The notes: generated from the sequence alone by a model not told the origin. A DNA stretch of 56,520 nucleotides, filler included, from Catajapyx aquilonaris (GCA_000934665.2; 4 parts of 4 records of this genome joined end to end with filler, not necessarily neighbours in it); one strand, 5' to 3'; numbered from the whole stretch's first letter, positions 1-12,641 are shown. Numbers and translations are program-made.

Positions 1-490
1 GACATCGTATGTTTACATCGTTTTAATCATTCTTAGCGCTCTACTTTATCCGGCCGTCGCCGTGGTTACCGAACTGGCAGTCAGCGCGGCGCTGCCAGAT
101 CGTCGCTTTCTTCGTGCGAGTTGTTATTGTTCATGGAGGGGGGTATTTTCGATCCCAAAGTTTGGCCAAACCAAGACTGCCACACTCGTGCCCTTTCACA
201 CACTTACGGTAATTCAGCGTAAAAACCTCGTGACGCTCTCGAATCTCACTGGTACCGACATGGAAAGGAGTGATTGCGCGTCAAAATAAAAAACTGTACC
301 TGGCCGCGGCGGCCGCAAATATCGCCCCAGGAGAAAAATAAGCGCACCATCTCAAAGTGCAACTCTTTCGCATCCAGATACTCCAGTTTCATGCCGATAC
401 CTCCATATTTGCGGCCGTGACAGCAAGAGGAAGAAGTGTCAAACTGACGGGCTCCCCGCAACAATGGATAGTGTAGCCTAGAGCGCGCTC
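1..490. mobile_element. Probable end of a TTAA-targeting (Kolobok-like) DNA element, truncated by the contig start
   Basis: CpG-rich block ending abruptly at ...CTAGAGCGCGCTC followed by TTAA (491-494). The 31 bp at 490-520 recur at 4670-4700 with a different left neighbour. Only one end is visible. Confidence 0.4.
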
Positions 491-578
491 TTAAGCTTGA
501 CAGATGGTGCCAGATTACATTCGCTTCTCAGCAATTTCCTGTATGGAGAACAAAGGGAAACCTATAAATTACACTCAC

Positions 579-3426
579 CACACTGTATTTGCTGCACAAG
601 CATCTCCCACAAATCAGGTACTTTGTTTGGAAGCTCGATGCCAAAATGGGCTACAATAGAAGTTAAGGCAAAGGTAGCTCCTCTCCTTTGCAACTCATTC
701 TGTTTCTGCACCTAAAATGAATACACAGATCAGTTGTTGCCTGCCCGTTGCATCAAAACATTATTCCTGAGTATTAATATCCTCCTGAGACCTGGTGTCG
801 ACATATGTCGACATCAGCAAAAGATTTTTTTGGCGCCAACCAGTGATGCCAACAGAACTGTAATATGTTGGTATCCCATGGTTACAATCTGGCCGCAATA
901 GGTGTAGCCACCTAGCGTGGAATATCTGGCTTGGGCCGCGAAAATTAAATCGCGGATAAAATGGCGGATTCCGCTGCTGAAGCTAGGCGCTCATCTGATC
1001 AGTTTTATTTTTTTACTCATATTTAGAGTGCGATTTTCGCAATGCAGTGAATGTCCTGGGATTCGCAAGGAATGTGTCTTAGGAATTGCGAAAAGATGTG
1101 TCTGTGACAATCTTTGTTGCTGTAGAGAGCTGGTAATTTTCTTTTCTTCCTGAGACCAAATGCCCATTTAAATGGACATCCGAAAAATGGCATTTTTAGC
1201 TGAATGGGTGTGACTTTTCTTTACGTGCCTGTACCTATACACCCATAAGGAAGTGGACTTTGCACTATGCAGTTCAGTTTTAAAATCTAGAATAGCAAGT
1301 AACCACTCTAGCGGGTAAGAAGGGAAAGAGCAAGCCCCATCCCTGGAGTGGTGGCGTTCAAAAATAATTTCATTTATCTTTAATTGTCTTCTGAGAGGAA
1401 TTGCTACCACGAATTCCACAAATGAATGTAAAAAACATTGTTTGGAGGATAGAGCACTATGTGAGTGATCCATTAAGTGGTATTTAAATTCTCAGCTTTC
1501 ATCCGTTCTGCTTTTGTAGCACCAATTGGGTCCTAATGTTCTCATTGGTTGTTTGTCGCCATTTTTGTCAATATTTTAAAACTAAAAAATTGTTCTCGTT
1601 TCTTATTGGGAACATGTTCAGAAAATGCAATAGGAACTGACATTGCGTTAAAAAATTCTTCTCAGGTCTCAGGAGGATATAATTCAAATAAATACAAATA
1701 TAACTCCATTCCAAAATATGATGAAAATTTTGAATTTTACTTTCACACCACATTAAGTATGATGGAAGATTGTGGATAAGGTAAGTCGCTGTTGGATTTT
1801 TAAAAATAGTAAATCACTGGGACACTTAAGAGTCAATATCAACATACAAAATCTTGAACACACATTTTAAAATACAAACATAAAAAAGCGAATGAATGTC
1901 AGTTGTTTCAAGTCATGTTGTATAGTTTACTCAAAAACCTGCACATTTATAATGGTACACTCTAAATAAATTTGTAGGGGTCCTGAAAAGCTTCCTATAA
2001 TCATTCAAAAAATGTCATACTGATCCCATGAAAATACCAGAAGAAAATGCTCACAATACCACTCAGCCATTTCCCCCTTAAAAACATTAATCATGTTCTT
2101 GGGTTTCGGGGGAGCATGATATTGTCTTCATGGCTACCCTGTATGAGAACAAATCCGTGAAATAAATGTATGTACAGTATGTATGGTATGTATGTGATTA
2201 TGCCAGCCCAGCTAACAAAGTCTGACCAGCCCTTTGCTTCAAGCAGCTACACTATACCTGGTCTCATCACAACCCTCCAACCACCACCCCGACTGGGTGA
2301 GTCAGTGAGCCAGTAAAAGTCAACCCTCACAGTTCAGCAACTCAGCTCAGTAAGGAATAACCAGGAGGAGCACAGTAAGTTGACAATTAAATAGGAACCC
2401 ACACACTTCCTACTTGACGCCAATATTACCTACAAACACCTAACTTCCCAGAATAAGAGTACATCAAAGGTTTTACGTAAGCATTAGCAATTGTAACATG
2501 GTGCAGCTGTAGCCTTAAGTATATCCTTCCCCACCACACTTCCGCATTTTCCGATCTATTATCCTTTTACATGGTGCTCAAACAGCAAAACTTGCCTCAT
2601 CATCAAGAGCCATAGATTCATCTGCTTGCATGTCAGACAAGGCAGTTGAAGACTTTGGTCGACCAGACACAGACCCACTACGACGAAGAGCTGCCTTCTC
2701 TGCATCCTACATCAAAAAAGGTGATGTTAAGTTTGAAAGAGATTGTAACTGACACAAACAACAAACCTTCAATTGATTGCTCAAGGAGAGAATGCCATTA
2801 AAATTGTCTTGAAGGTTTTCAGAATGACTGCAGTCCTTCATGCAACCCATGAGTCCATTATCCCTGCTGGTTCCTTCAGAGCCCTGTAAGTATTCTTCTA
2901 TGTATTTAACAAGTTACATATATTTGAAGAATTTCATCTCACCTGGATTCGTGGGGTGAATTCAGGATCACTGCACAAAAAGCTGCACACATTTTTTATA
3001 ATTTTTGCATTTGGAGAGGGTTTCCGATCCAAGCACATTTCCATCAATTTTGAAAGATGTTGGGCAGCCAGGCTCTAAGTGAAATAAGTTCGACAGCTGT
3101 TAATTGTGCAACCCACTTGACTATGAAAGTGATAAAACTTCACAAAATACTGAGGAGTAAAATAATTTCCAAAAAACTCATTGTCATGAATGATCAGTTA
3201 AGGTAATGATCAAGCAAAGCATACAGTATATCCTAGTAACATGTTAGAACTTATTATTTCTCATAAACTCTACTGCCATCAGAATTAAGTTGTGTAAATT
3301 CTCCAACAATTTTTGCCAATTTCTTGGGGGACACTTTCAAAAACCTGAAAATGGATGCCCTTCACATGGAAAGGTACAAAGGAGTTGGGGAACCACACAA
3401 AAGTATGGAATCGAAAATTTGACTAA

Positions 3427-3490
<64 letters not shown>

Positions 3491-6400
3491 GATACCCCGT
3501 GACAGGCCTCCTTGGGCCTCTTAGGGGATCATCTTTTGAATAACCATCTTTAATCATTGCCTTTGCTGTGATGTATTTTGATTGCGGGAGGAAATGGGAG
3601 AACCCATCGAAACTCTATCCACATAAGTATCCTCTGTCCGATCCGGGGATCGAACTCGGGACCTTAGAGGTGGAAGGCTGCGGTGCTAACCACTCAGCCA
3701 CCGTGCCGCCCTTTCGAAAATTTGACTATATTTAATAGGAATCTTAATTATCAAGAAAAGCATTACGAAATTTTTGTTTTCTAATTTTCATCTGCAAGCA
3801 ATGATTTTTTTTGTAAAAATTATATTTTTGATGTCCCATACTGCCTTCTTTATGTAAAAATATAATAATAATAATAATAATTAATAATTCATACCCCGTT
3901 ATCAGCCATCGGCTCTTTAGGGGGGAAGTTTGTTTTGCCTGGAACTCTTTGCTTTCATTTTACTGCGCTTTTTGGGATAGGATAGGGACGGAAGGAAGCG
4001 GCTGTGGCCTATTAATTACGTAAGCAACTCCGGAATTTTCCTGGAAGGACCGTGGGAAACCACAGAAAACCACGGTCAGAGTTGCCGGCCCCGGGATTCG
4101 AACCCAGGACCTCCCGATTAGCAGTCGGACGCCTTATCCACTATGCCAACCTGCTTCGGTTTATGTAAAAATATGAATATTTTTAGTATCTTTTTAGTAG
4201 TATATTATGAAGAGTATCTCCTAAACAGTTTTTAAATAAGCAAAAGAAGAGTGAGGCAACGCAGCCAGGCTTCCCTGCACATGTGCAAGTGGCAGCACTG
4301 CCCCTGTTCACTCGGACTTGAGACAAACCTTCAATTGATTGCTCAAGGAGAGAATGCCATTAAAATTGTCATGAAGGTTTTCAGAATGACTGTAGTCCTT
4401 CATGGCTACCCTGTATGAGAACCCATTACTAATATGCAGATAGTGAGTATGGATTCATCATGCAATGCTGTTTACACACTCAATAATATTTTAATTTCTT
4501 ACAGTAAAATGATGCATGAAACTCCCCTCATAATGATTGTTTTTCAAGGTCAGCACTACCAGCAAAAGTGAGCAGCCCAGAGAAGGTTAAAGGGACACAC
4601 ATTAACATGAAAAGAAAATGGATTACAAACACACCTCCATATTTCTCAGATTTTAACGAAGGAAATGTACTTAAGCTTGACAGATGGTGCCAGATTACAT
4701 CCACTCAAAATACAAGTTGGTCTCTAAAAATCAGGCAAAAAAATGCTGATTCTGGTGATATCGGTTTTCTTCTACGGCGAAGCCAAGCAAAAGCGAGGTC
4801 CGAAAAGTAACACTTCGGTGACAACATACTTATGCATTGGCAGCAGCCAGAAATATCCGACCGAACTGCATTTCAAACCCGCCGGGGATCCGTATCCAAC
4901 TCCGCCTGGTGGCCGAGGGGGGGAAGCGCTGTGCCACACTCGATCAGACCTCGAATTGTTTCTGACTTTCGTCTCTTCCCCTGTCATTACCGTTCTCCTC
5001 AGAGATAAACGGATCGCATTCTCAGAATCAGGATTTTTTGCCTGATTTTTAGAGACCAACTTGTATTTTGAGAAGAGTGTCCCTTTAAGTCCAATAAAGC
5101 TGAAAAACATTTACAAGGGCATATCACCCTGTGCATGCAAGAGAAGCAGATTCTGTCTCCAAGATTGTATATCTTGCCTCAATTCGAGTTGATTTTGACG
5201 TTGTGCGTCTCATTGTCAGTCTTTACTTTGCAATGTTGCAATTAATGTCAAAGTTGTCAAATTGTTGCGGCTCATACTTACTTGCAGTTGTTCATTTTCT
5301 TGCTTCTTAATAGCTTCCATCAAAGGTCGTACTACAGGATTCACTTTGTCAGGCAAACATTGCAGCATGGTCACAGCTCCAGCCAAAGAAGCCTGGGTCC
5401 TGTAATATTTCAGGTTAGGTATGATTATAATTTCACAGCTACAGTGAAAGACTATTAATATAGCATTCTAATACAATTACAAGAACCCAATACATTCTGA
5501 TCCCAGATGAAAAACTGTGCCTTTCATAGTGTAACAGTTCCTGGGCATTAGTAGAGTCTGGATTTTCTGGCAAATGTCTATTTAGTTCCTCTGAAGTTGG
5601 GATGGTTTTGTGAAGAGATCCATCCATTTCATAAGTGCAGGATGTGGAAAATTTAGGTTTATAGTGCCTAAAATGGCCTATTTCGTGATTTTGGGAACTA
5701 TTTTGCCTATTCTGGCTCTGTGCGACTTTTCATGCCTGTTTGGCATTTTTTGAGATCGTGTCTGAACTTTTTGAAGCAATTTCGGGACTTTTTGGGCCTA
5801 TTCTCGACCTATTCCTTCAGAGGCATGTTTATTTTTTGCAGAGTATTTTTTGTGCTCCTGAATGGACCAAAATCTTTGAAAGTAATTAATTTCACTAATG
5901 AAAATCTAGAAAAATATTTCGGAACATACTGTGCAAGTTATACTTGTTTGCACTTTGTGTCTTTTACCCAAGTTTTGTGATTTTCTGTCAGTTTATCGCC
6001 ATTATTTGGTTTTTGCTCTGGTTTGTGATCTTATATTAATACTTTATGCCTATCAATTTTGTCTAGATTTGTTATTTTCTGGAACATTATCCTCATGCCC
6101 GCAAAAGTAAAATTTCTGTGCCTATTTGAGGTTTTTTCGTGCCTATTTAAGCGCTTATTTCAGGGGGTTTTTGTGCCTAAAAATCCGGACTCTAGTCATA
6201 AGTTATCTACAATGGTATGGAAAATAGTGATAAATATAGTTTTAGCTCATAACTAGTCACTGTTTCTGAAGGAAGGAGAAATGTAATCTGAAGAAAGGTG
6301 CAGATTAACAAATATGAAACAACTATCACGGAAGCATAGTTATATCAGCAAGTATTAAGGGAAAATCTCCAATTACCGATACAGGTCATTTCAGCTTAGA

Positions 6401-9400
6401 ATGAATATGGGCTGTTACATACAGCCTAGAAAAGGTTACCAAGTCTCAGTCTCCTCTCAAGTGGATTCTGAAAGACATACTTTTCTGTTGAGTTTATCTT
6501 TGCAATAAATTGATTCAAATGTTTTGGAGAAGTTATTTCATCAGCTTTTGATAGCCATTTAATGTCAGGGGATACCACCTGGGTACAGTTTTAAGAAAAC
6601 TGTGGCAAATCGCATCTGCAACATTTCTGTTACAACAGAGGAGAAAAGTGGTAACATACCAATGACGCAACTTATTGGTAACCTTTGTATTCCAGGGGGT
6701 CGATTCATCACATGTCGTACGTCAAATTTTTATCGTAAGCGGTAGTAACCAGTTACTAATAATTAACTAACTATGGTTACGACTGGTTACAATCAAAATT
6801 TGACTTACGACATTTGATGAATCCACCCCCAGATGTGTCTGCCCTCCCCAAAGTACCGTAGCTGTTGTTACAATGCACTCACTACATGTACTGCAGTTCT
6901 TGCGAAAGAAAGGAAATGGACCCTCAGAACCTGATGACCCTCAACCGGGAACCTCCCCTTAAACATGTGTATTAAATGTTTCAAATACTCAGCATTAAAA
7001 ACAGCAATATTAGTAGGTACTGTCTGTGGGAAAATTTTGGGACCTATCCCATTCACTTATATTATAATTTTGTCTTGTTTTACGCAGATTCACTTTACAC
7101 TGCTGTGTTGCTGGAACCAATTACCATAATAAAACAGGTACTTCTTGTAATTTACTAGTTATTTTATAACGTACAGACTTACTGTATACTGCACAATAAT
7201 TCTTCTGATCTCACATGATGTTGGCAACACAATTACAAAAGTACTTCCCAAGGTGCAAGAGAATACCAATGTGGTATACTCTGGCAGCCTAATATTACAC
7301 CACACTGCTTCTCGCACAAGCAAATAGGATGACCTTGACACCACACATCTATTGTTCGCCAATCAGATTAATGACATATGAAGTGGAACTGCAAATTTAA
7401 ATTTGGAACTACTTCTTGAATGTTGTGGGAGGGAGTGAGGGTGGAAGCAGGCCAGTGGGAGAATTCCCAGTCATCAGGCTACACTGCTGCCAACTTGAGC
7501 AGAAAGTTTGACAGTAAAAAGAAGTCAATACCACAACACTCACATTACACATAAAGCCATCTGTTCCAAGCTGGCTTCACTGGCCAAGGAAAAGATTCCC
7601 CTGCGCCGTTCCTCCAGACCTTCCAAGACCCTTGGCTTCAACTTAAGGGAAGTGAACAACTGTTGCATAGTGGTTCCACTTAATTTCTGGATTTGATCAA
7701 AGCTCAGCACCTTCTGTGCCTGGTACACATCATCCAGTGGGATTTTGTAATGACGAAGGGTGGCAATAAAATCCCATGCATCTTGCTGCAGCTTTGTGAA
7801 GGTCACAGCCAGTTCGTCAAAGTACAACGTCTCAGTGAGGCATTCCAAAAGCCTCTTCCTAAGTGACTCAGGGCAAGTCTTGACTGGAGCTCGTCGGGCC
7901 CAGTCTCCAATGACTAGGGATGTGCCAGTTCGATGCAAGGCCGATTTGGAACTCAATAGTGGAAGCAAGACCTTGTCTACATACATGTGCATGGGGCTCT
8001 CCAAGCCATCACTGTAGTCAACTCCAGGGGAAGGTTGGATTATGTAGCAGGACATTAAGCCAAGAAGACGAGCAGCAGTACAACGTGTTCGCATCACACG
8101 CCGTTCATACATTAAGGGAGTTTCATGGACATTGTCACTTCCTCCAATGTAATACTTCTGTTCTGTCCGAAGCTCAGCTGTAGCTAGTGCAGCAACCGAA
8201 GATTTGTTTTTCTTGGGTGACTTGTCTTGGGCTTTATCCTATAATAAAATTAGAAATTTATTTTGTAGAATGCCTCCTTCATTATTTGAGGAATGCTTAA
8301 TGTAATGTGTCCATTGCTTTTTAATGTGAGTAAACTTGTAAATGTTCATGGCTAATTGCATCAAAATCCATAGGAGAATTCATCAAGTTGAAAACATTTG
8401 AGAGTATGTAGTCAGTTTTGAGTTGATATCAGAGCGCAGGTATATTCAAGCATCATGGAACAGGGCATAAGTTGCTAAACTTAACCTTTAGGTAAGACTT
8501 TCATTGTGCCACCAAGCATATACGTATATGCCAGGGGCCGAATTAAGAGAGATGTCCTAAACGTATGGTTGGAGGGCATTTAACTAACAGCGTGGTTAAG
8601 GCTTTTACCCAACCTCGCATACAAAAATACCTCCAATGGAGGCTGGGTATCAAATAGAAAAAGCGAGTTGGCATCACTGTTCTGCACATGTTTTGTGACC
8701 TCCAGGTATGCCCTCCGACCCGGACACCTCAGCCAGACCTCTCCTTCCCCCACGACTTTTGCCACCCACCCACCCAACCCCCATCTCCCACCAGTCTGCC
8801 TGATCCAACATGGCGCCGTGGAGGGAAAGAAAATTCTGAGCATGGTTTAGCATGGTTGGGCGAGAAAATCCGGGCAGTTTTCGCCCATCATCCAGAGTGC
8901 CAGGCCTCGACAATAAAACCGCATGGCAGCCAGGGGGGCCCCACCCAATGGTTCGACCTGTGTCACCTGTGACAGTGCAGATATTCTGCCAGTGTGTAGG
9001 AGTGACTGTGTGCCGTTTCCTACACGTATCTGTGCAATAACTTGCACTGTAGGGGCATCAGGAAAGTGTTCCGGGCCAGGTAGGACTGCCCCCGCGAATT
9101 CTGCAGGCACACGAGGTCCATAATCTTGGTGAAACCAGTCATACGACAGATATAGGCGGACAGGTCAGCCATCTTTCCCTAACAGCCCTTAAACAACCCC
9201 CTTCCCCTCTGTTAAAATCTCGAGTGCTAGCAAGCACAATTAGGGGCCGCTTAGCGCTAATCACCATCCTTGTATAGGAGGTTGGTTAAATTTTCTAGTC
9301 GAGGATGACGTAAGGTTTTAATCAGCTCATTTACGTTAACCAACCTCTCTGAATTTGGCCCCAAGGTCTATAATGATCTTTCTGGGATGCCTTCCAGGCC

Positions 9401-9982
9401 CTAACATCCTACAAGCCAGATTTTGCCTGGCCACCTGGGTCATTGTTTATTCCACCAGCCCATCAGAGAGGTGGGCAAGGTAGGCATGTTATGACATCAC
9501 TCAGGCCAATACAGACAACAGCCTGTAAAGTGTTTTCAACCTTATACCTTATGCAATCAGCCCTCCATCAAAAAGTTTAAGAGGATTATAAGATCAGAAA
9601 TATTTCTAGTTTATGTGTAACTTTTTTGGGCAGTACCTCAATGAAGAGACACCAAGACAACTGAAATATTATAATCATAAGATATCTTAATTGTAAAAAA
9701 TACAAACTGGCCAGTTACCTTTAAGTTAACATTATTTTATAATCCTACATAACACTGCTGCTGTCATCACTACCTTTCCCAGGCAGCAAAAGAACATTTA
9801 AGTGTTCATGGGGAATACCTCGAAAAGGGGCCAAGTTGTGCCTTCAAGTGATGGAGTGGTGGAAAATTAATTCCATCTGGTTATTTTTGAATAGCCCACA
9901 TATATCACAATTTACCAACATTCAGTTACCATATTCACTTGAGTAATAAAGCTACTTATATTGCGAGATGTGCGAGCGAGCG

Positions 9983-10042
<60 letters not shown>

Positions 10043-12324
10043 AGGGAGAGAAAGAAGAAAGGTGAAAAGCAGCATCTCTCTTTGTCTGTCTCCTACCCCA
10101 TGAAGACCTTTCCGGTTTGGGAGACCCTGCCAGTAGACGAAGCTACTGCTGGCGTAGGGCATAGGGCTCAGGGTCGCCAGAGCATCGAAGCCCCACCACC
10201 ACAGCAAGGTTGAGACACTAGTGAGAGACACACTACATATGCATTTTGGAATAGACTATATACAGGGTGGTCAGTAACACCGTCGTCCGTTCGAAGAAGA
10301 CCGTAACTCAACATCCACTTCCCTTGCGGCGAGGAAAAAAGGAGTGGTACCAAAAGCATCAACAGGTGGAGTTGGGGTGCCCATTCCTTTCCCACTTCCC
10401 CTAACGACACCTCTTGGATGCTTTCGGTAACACTTGCTTTCTTTTCACGCCGCAAGGGAAGTGGATATTGAGTTATGGTTTTCTTCGAGCAGATGGCAGA
10501 TTTGCTTCAGGCATGGTAATCCCTTATGAAGTGGTCCAGTCATGGATACAGGGATAGTTGGGCAAGGTAAGGAATCACACATGGGGCACATACACTGCAT
10601 ACACCATGTCCATATGTCAATGGTTTCCAACCTTTTACCAACTGCGACCCCCTAAACATGTTTCCATAAATGTGCGACCCCCCCCCCTTCCTCGCCTCCC
10701 CCATCGTCTCTACAACTGCCCCATTTCCAGAAAACATACACTCCGTACGGCCCTAAAAATGGTTCAATTGACACAGAAATTGCAAAAAAAAAAAAAAAAA
10801 AATTGAACCAAGGCTCGCGACCCCGCGGTTGGAAACCTCTACCATACATGCTTATATTCTGGGGCAGATTCCCTAACTACACCTTACTACACCAGGGCAT
10901 GCAGGGCAACCATTACAATACTGATGCCATCAACTGGTCTCCATCAATAGGACAAAATCTAAACTTAATTGCCACCATAGGGTGTAACCTATTTTGGTCT
11001 TATAATAAGCCAGAGTGTGTACCAGCCAGTACACAGTCTGGCTTATTATAAGACCAAAATAGGTTACACCCTATGGTGGCAATTAAGTTTAGATTTTGTC
11101 AGCACTGAAAGTACAAGAGGTAACATGCAAGTAATTACGTCACCAATCAAGAATGGATGGCAAACATGTAGTGTGCAATGTAGCATATTCCCTATGCTTC
11201 CATAATTCAAACTTCATTGCTGCTACACACTGTAGCTACGCCTTGTAGACAAAAATAATGTAATTTGGACAAGAGGCAGAGGAATCCCCCTATAGTAGGT
11301 TGCCCCCTAATGCGTCAGGGTGGAGGTTTCTGGCAACTCCCCCTCTTCCCCCTCGCCACTCCCTGCCTCCTCTACCCCCTACCTCCCGCTGCCTGCTACG
11401 TCACATTCCTCCGCCACGCAGACCTCTTTAGCCCTACTGTGATAACAATTAAACTTGGAAATATTGATAACGTGAATTGTTGCGACGCACATCTTAAAGC
11501 AAACCTTCAATGACAATTTGTATCCATACCCCCCTCCCCCATCCGAATCCAGGCACGCCATTGGTTGGGAGTGTTGGGAGGATGGACTGCCAAGTTAACC
11601 CACCAGGGACTACAGCTGGAGCAACTCTGGGCATTACTGACCACCCTGTATTTATAAAAGCCAACTGTCCTCCTTGCAACCCTCCCCCCCCCCCCNACTC
11701 CCTCAAATAACATGACTCATATGATAACAGTAAATCTTAAATTAATTGTACTATAATAGTAGCAGTATGCATTACAAAATTAAATCTTGAAAAAAAAAAT
11801 TATTCTTATTATTATTATTATTATTGCATTTTAACCACAGCCTCCCCTAACACACAACAGTTGAAATAAAATAAATAAGTTCCTTACCTTGAGAACACAC
11901 TTCACTTGTATGAGAACAGATGAATCAAGGGGCACTCGAGACGGATGCATCATCATGAACAGCCACACATTCATCAGAGGACATGCTGCCAGTAAGAGGG
12001 CATCCAAAGGGGTTCGAGTCACCAAGTTATACCACACCTGAAGAGAAATGGACATTCCTAAGCCAATCTGTGCAATCTCCTAATATTATTGAACTTACTG
12101 TTTCCACCAGATCTAAAATGCCAGGCACATGTTCCAAGAGACACCTCTGATAAATATGTTGAAGAGCATCTTGTGCAATAGCAGGAAGCCACAGTGAGCA
12201 GGGTTGTGGATGCTGCTCATCAGTCAGGGCCAAAAGAGTCTGCAATGTGGCACGTCGCACAGATGACGATGAATGTGATAAGAAGGGCCACAGGCGCGGT
12301 ACAAGCTCATAAAGGGGCTGCGAA
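579..12324 (-). CDS. BTAF1: TATA-binding protein-associated factor 172 (BTAF1/Mot1), middle exons only (HEAT/DUF3535 region); 5' and 3' ends lie outside the contig
   Basis: Phase-compatible exons 12099-12324, 11888-12037, 7544-8238, 5282-5399, 2943-3074, 2767-2883, 2596-2706, 579-711. Peptides LVPRLWPFLSHSSSSVRRATLQTL, LLLAACPLMNVWLFMMMHP, LPDKVNPVVRPLMEAIKKQENEQLQ, PSPNAKIIKNVCSFLCSDPEFTP and QRRGATFALTSIVAHFG match recalled BTAF1 segments in the right order. Introns are GT-AG except one GC-AG (donor at 2595). Confidence 0.93.
781..1676. mobile_element. Non-autonomous piggyBac-type element with ATAT target duplication
   Basis: Terminal inverted repeats CCTCCTGAGACCTG / CAGGTCTCAGGAGG, flanked by ATAT at 777-780 and 1677-1680. 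Confidence 0.7.
3426..3713 (-). mobile_element. tRNA-derived SINE, family A (V-domain-like body, internally deleted copy)
   Basis: Minus-strand head GGGCGGCACGGTGGCTGAGTGGTTAGC...GAGTTCGATCCCC with Pol III A and B boxes. (TTA)n tail. 15-bp TSD TCGAAAATTTGACTA at 3411-3425 and 3714-3728. Second copy at 15202-15499. Confidence 0.9.
3864..4159 (-). mobile_element. tRNA-derived SINE, family B
   Basis: Head TGGCATAGTGG...GGGTTCGAATCCC (A and B boxes), body GGTTTTCTGTGGTTTCCC...AGGCCACAGCCGCTTCCTTCC, (TTA)n tail. 15-bp TSD TTTATGTAAAAATAT at 3849-3863 and 4160-4174. Confidence 0.9.
4591..5084. mobile_element. Kolobok-type MITE with TTAA TSD; left TIR interrupted by a 105-bp insertion
   Basis: TTAA|AGGGACAC ... 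GTGTCCCT|TTAA. Inner arms of about 50 bp at 4704-4753 and 5023-5072 are inverted repeats. Confidence 0.8.
5638..6196. repeat. Probable interspersed repeat with recurring TGCCTA(T/A) motifs; family unassigned
   Basis: Several GCCTATT/TGCCTAAA motifs cluster at both ends, and the block ends in CCGGACTCTAGT. No clean TIR or TSD was found. Confidence 0.35.
6696..6829. mobile_element. PIF/Harbinger-type MITE
   Basis: About 33-bp TIRs GGGGTCGATTCATCACATGTCGTACGTCAAATTT / AAATTTGACTTACGACATTTGATGAATCCACCCC. 3-bp TSD CAG. Confidence 0.75.
8535..9361. mobile_element. PIF/Harbinger-type non-autonomous element
   Basis: TIRs GGGCCGAATTAAGAGAG / CTCTCTGAATTTGGCCC with flanks CAG/CAA. The GC-rich interior explains the spurious ORFs here. 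Confidence 0.6.
9972..10050 (+). repeat. (GA)n / (GCGA)n microsatellite
   Basis: Direct reading of the dinucleotide run. Confidence 0.95.
10618..10841. mobile_element. hAT-type MITE nested in 10263-11648
   Basis: TIRs CAATGGTTTCCAACC / GGTTGGAAACCTCTA with internal GCGACCCC motifs. 8-bp TSD CCATATGT / CCATACAT. Confidence 0.75.
10951..11100. repeat. Near-perfect 150-bp palindrome
   Basis: Arms of about 71 bp with one mismatch around a short loop; no TSD seen. Confidence 0.9.
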
Positions 12325-12641
12325 CTGAAAGGTACATGTCAGAATATACTGTAGTCTCAAAAGATGGGTGGCACCCTAATGGCCTGTTCTCATATCTGCA
12401 GGAAGTGACCTGCCTACACAGGTGACAATGAGTAAAAGTGTTAATTTCTATCTATAAAACATGTTTATGAAATCACAACTTGATTTTTCCTGCTGAGGTT
12501 TACAAAAGCATATCCAACTATTTTAAAATCGAGTCAATTCATGTTGGCATCATGTATCTTACTGCAGATAGCTTAGTGCAGTGAATCTGGTAGAAAAAGT
12601 GTTTTTATTAATCTTAATAGTAACAAAAACTACACGACATA

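Larger units (their letters stand above)
10263..11648. mobile_element. Tc1/mariner-type non-autonomous element containing nested insertions
   Basis: TA|CAGGGTGGTCAGTAA ... TTACTGACCACCCTG|TA. Confidence 0.8.

Noticed and set aside
3290..3502. ORFs ending in poly-Ile (also 14988-15257)
   Set aside because: Translation of the (AAT)n SINE tail.
8580..9123. Cluster of overlapping short ORFs
   Set aside because: GC-rich interior of a Harbinger-type element, with no recognisable protein.
9956..10231. ER- and SL-repeat ORFs
   Set aside because: Translations of the (GA)n microsatellite.
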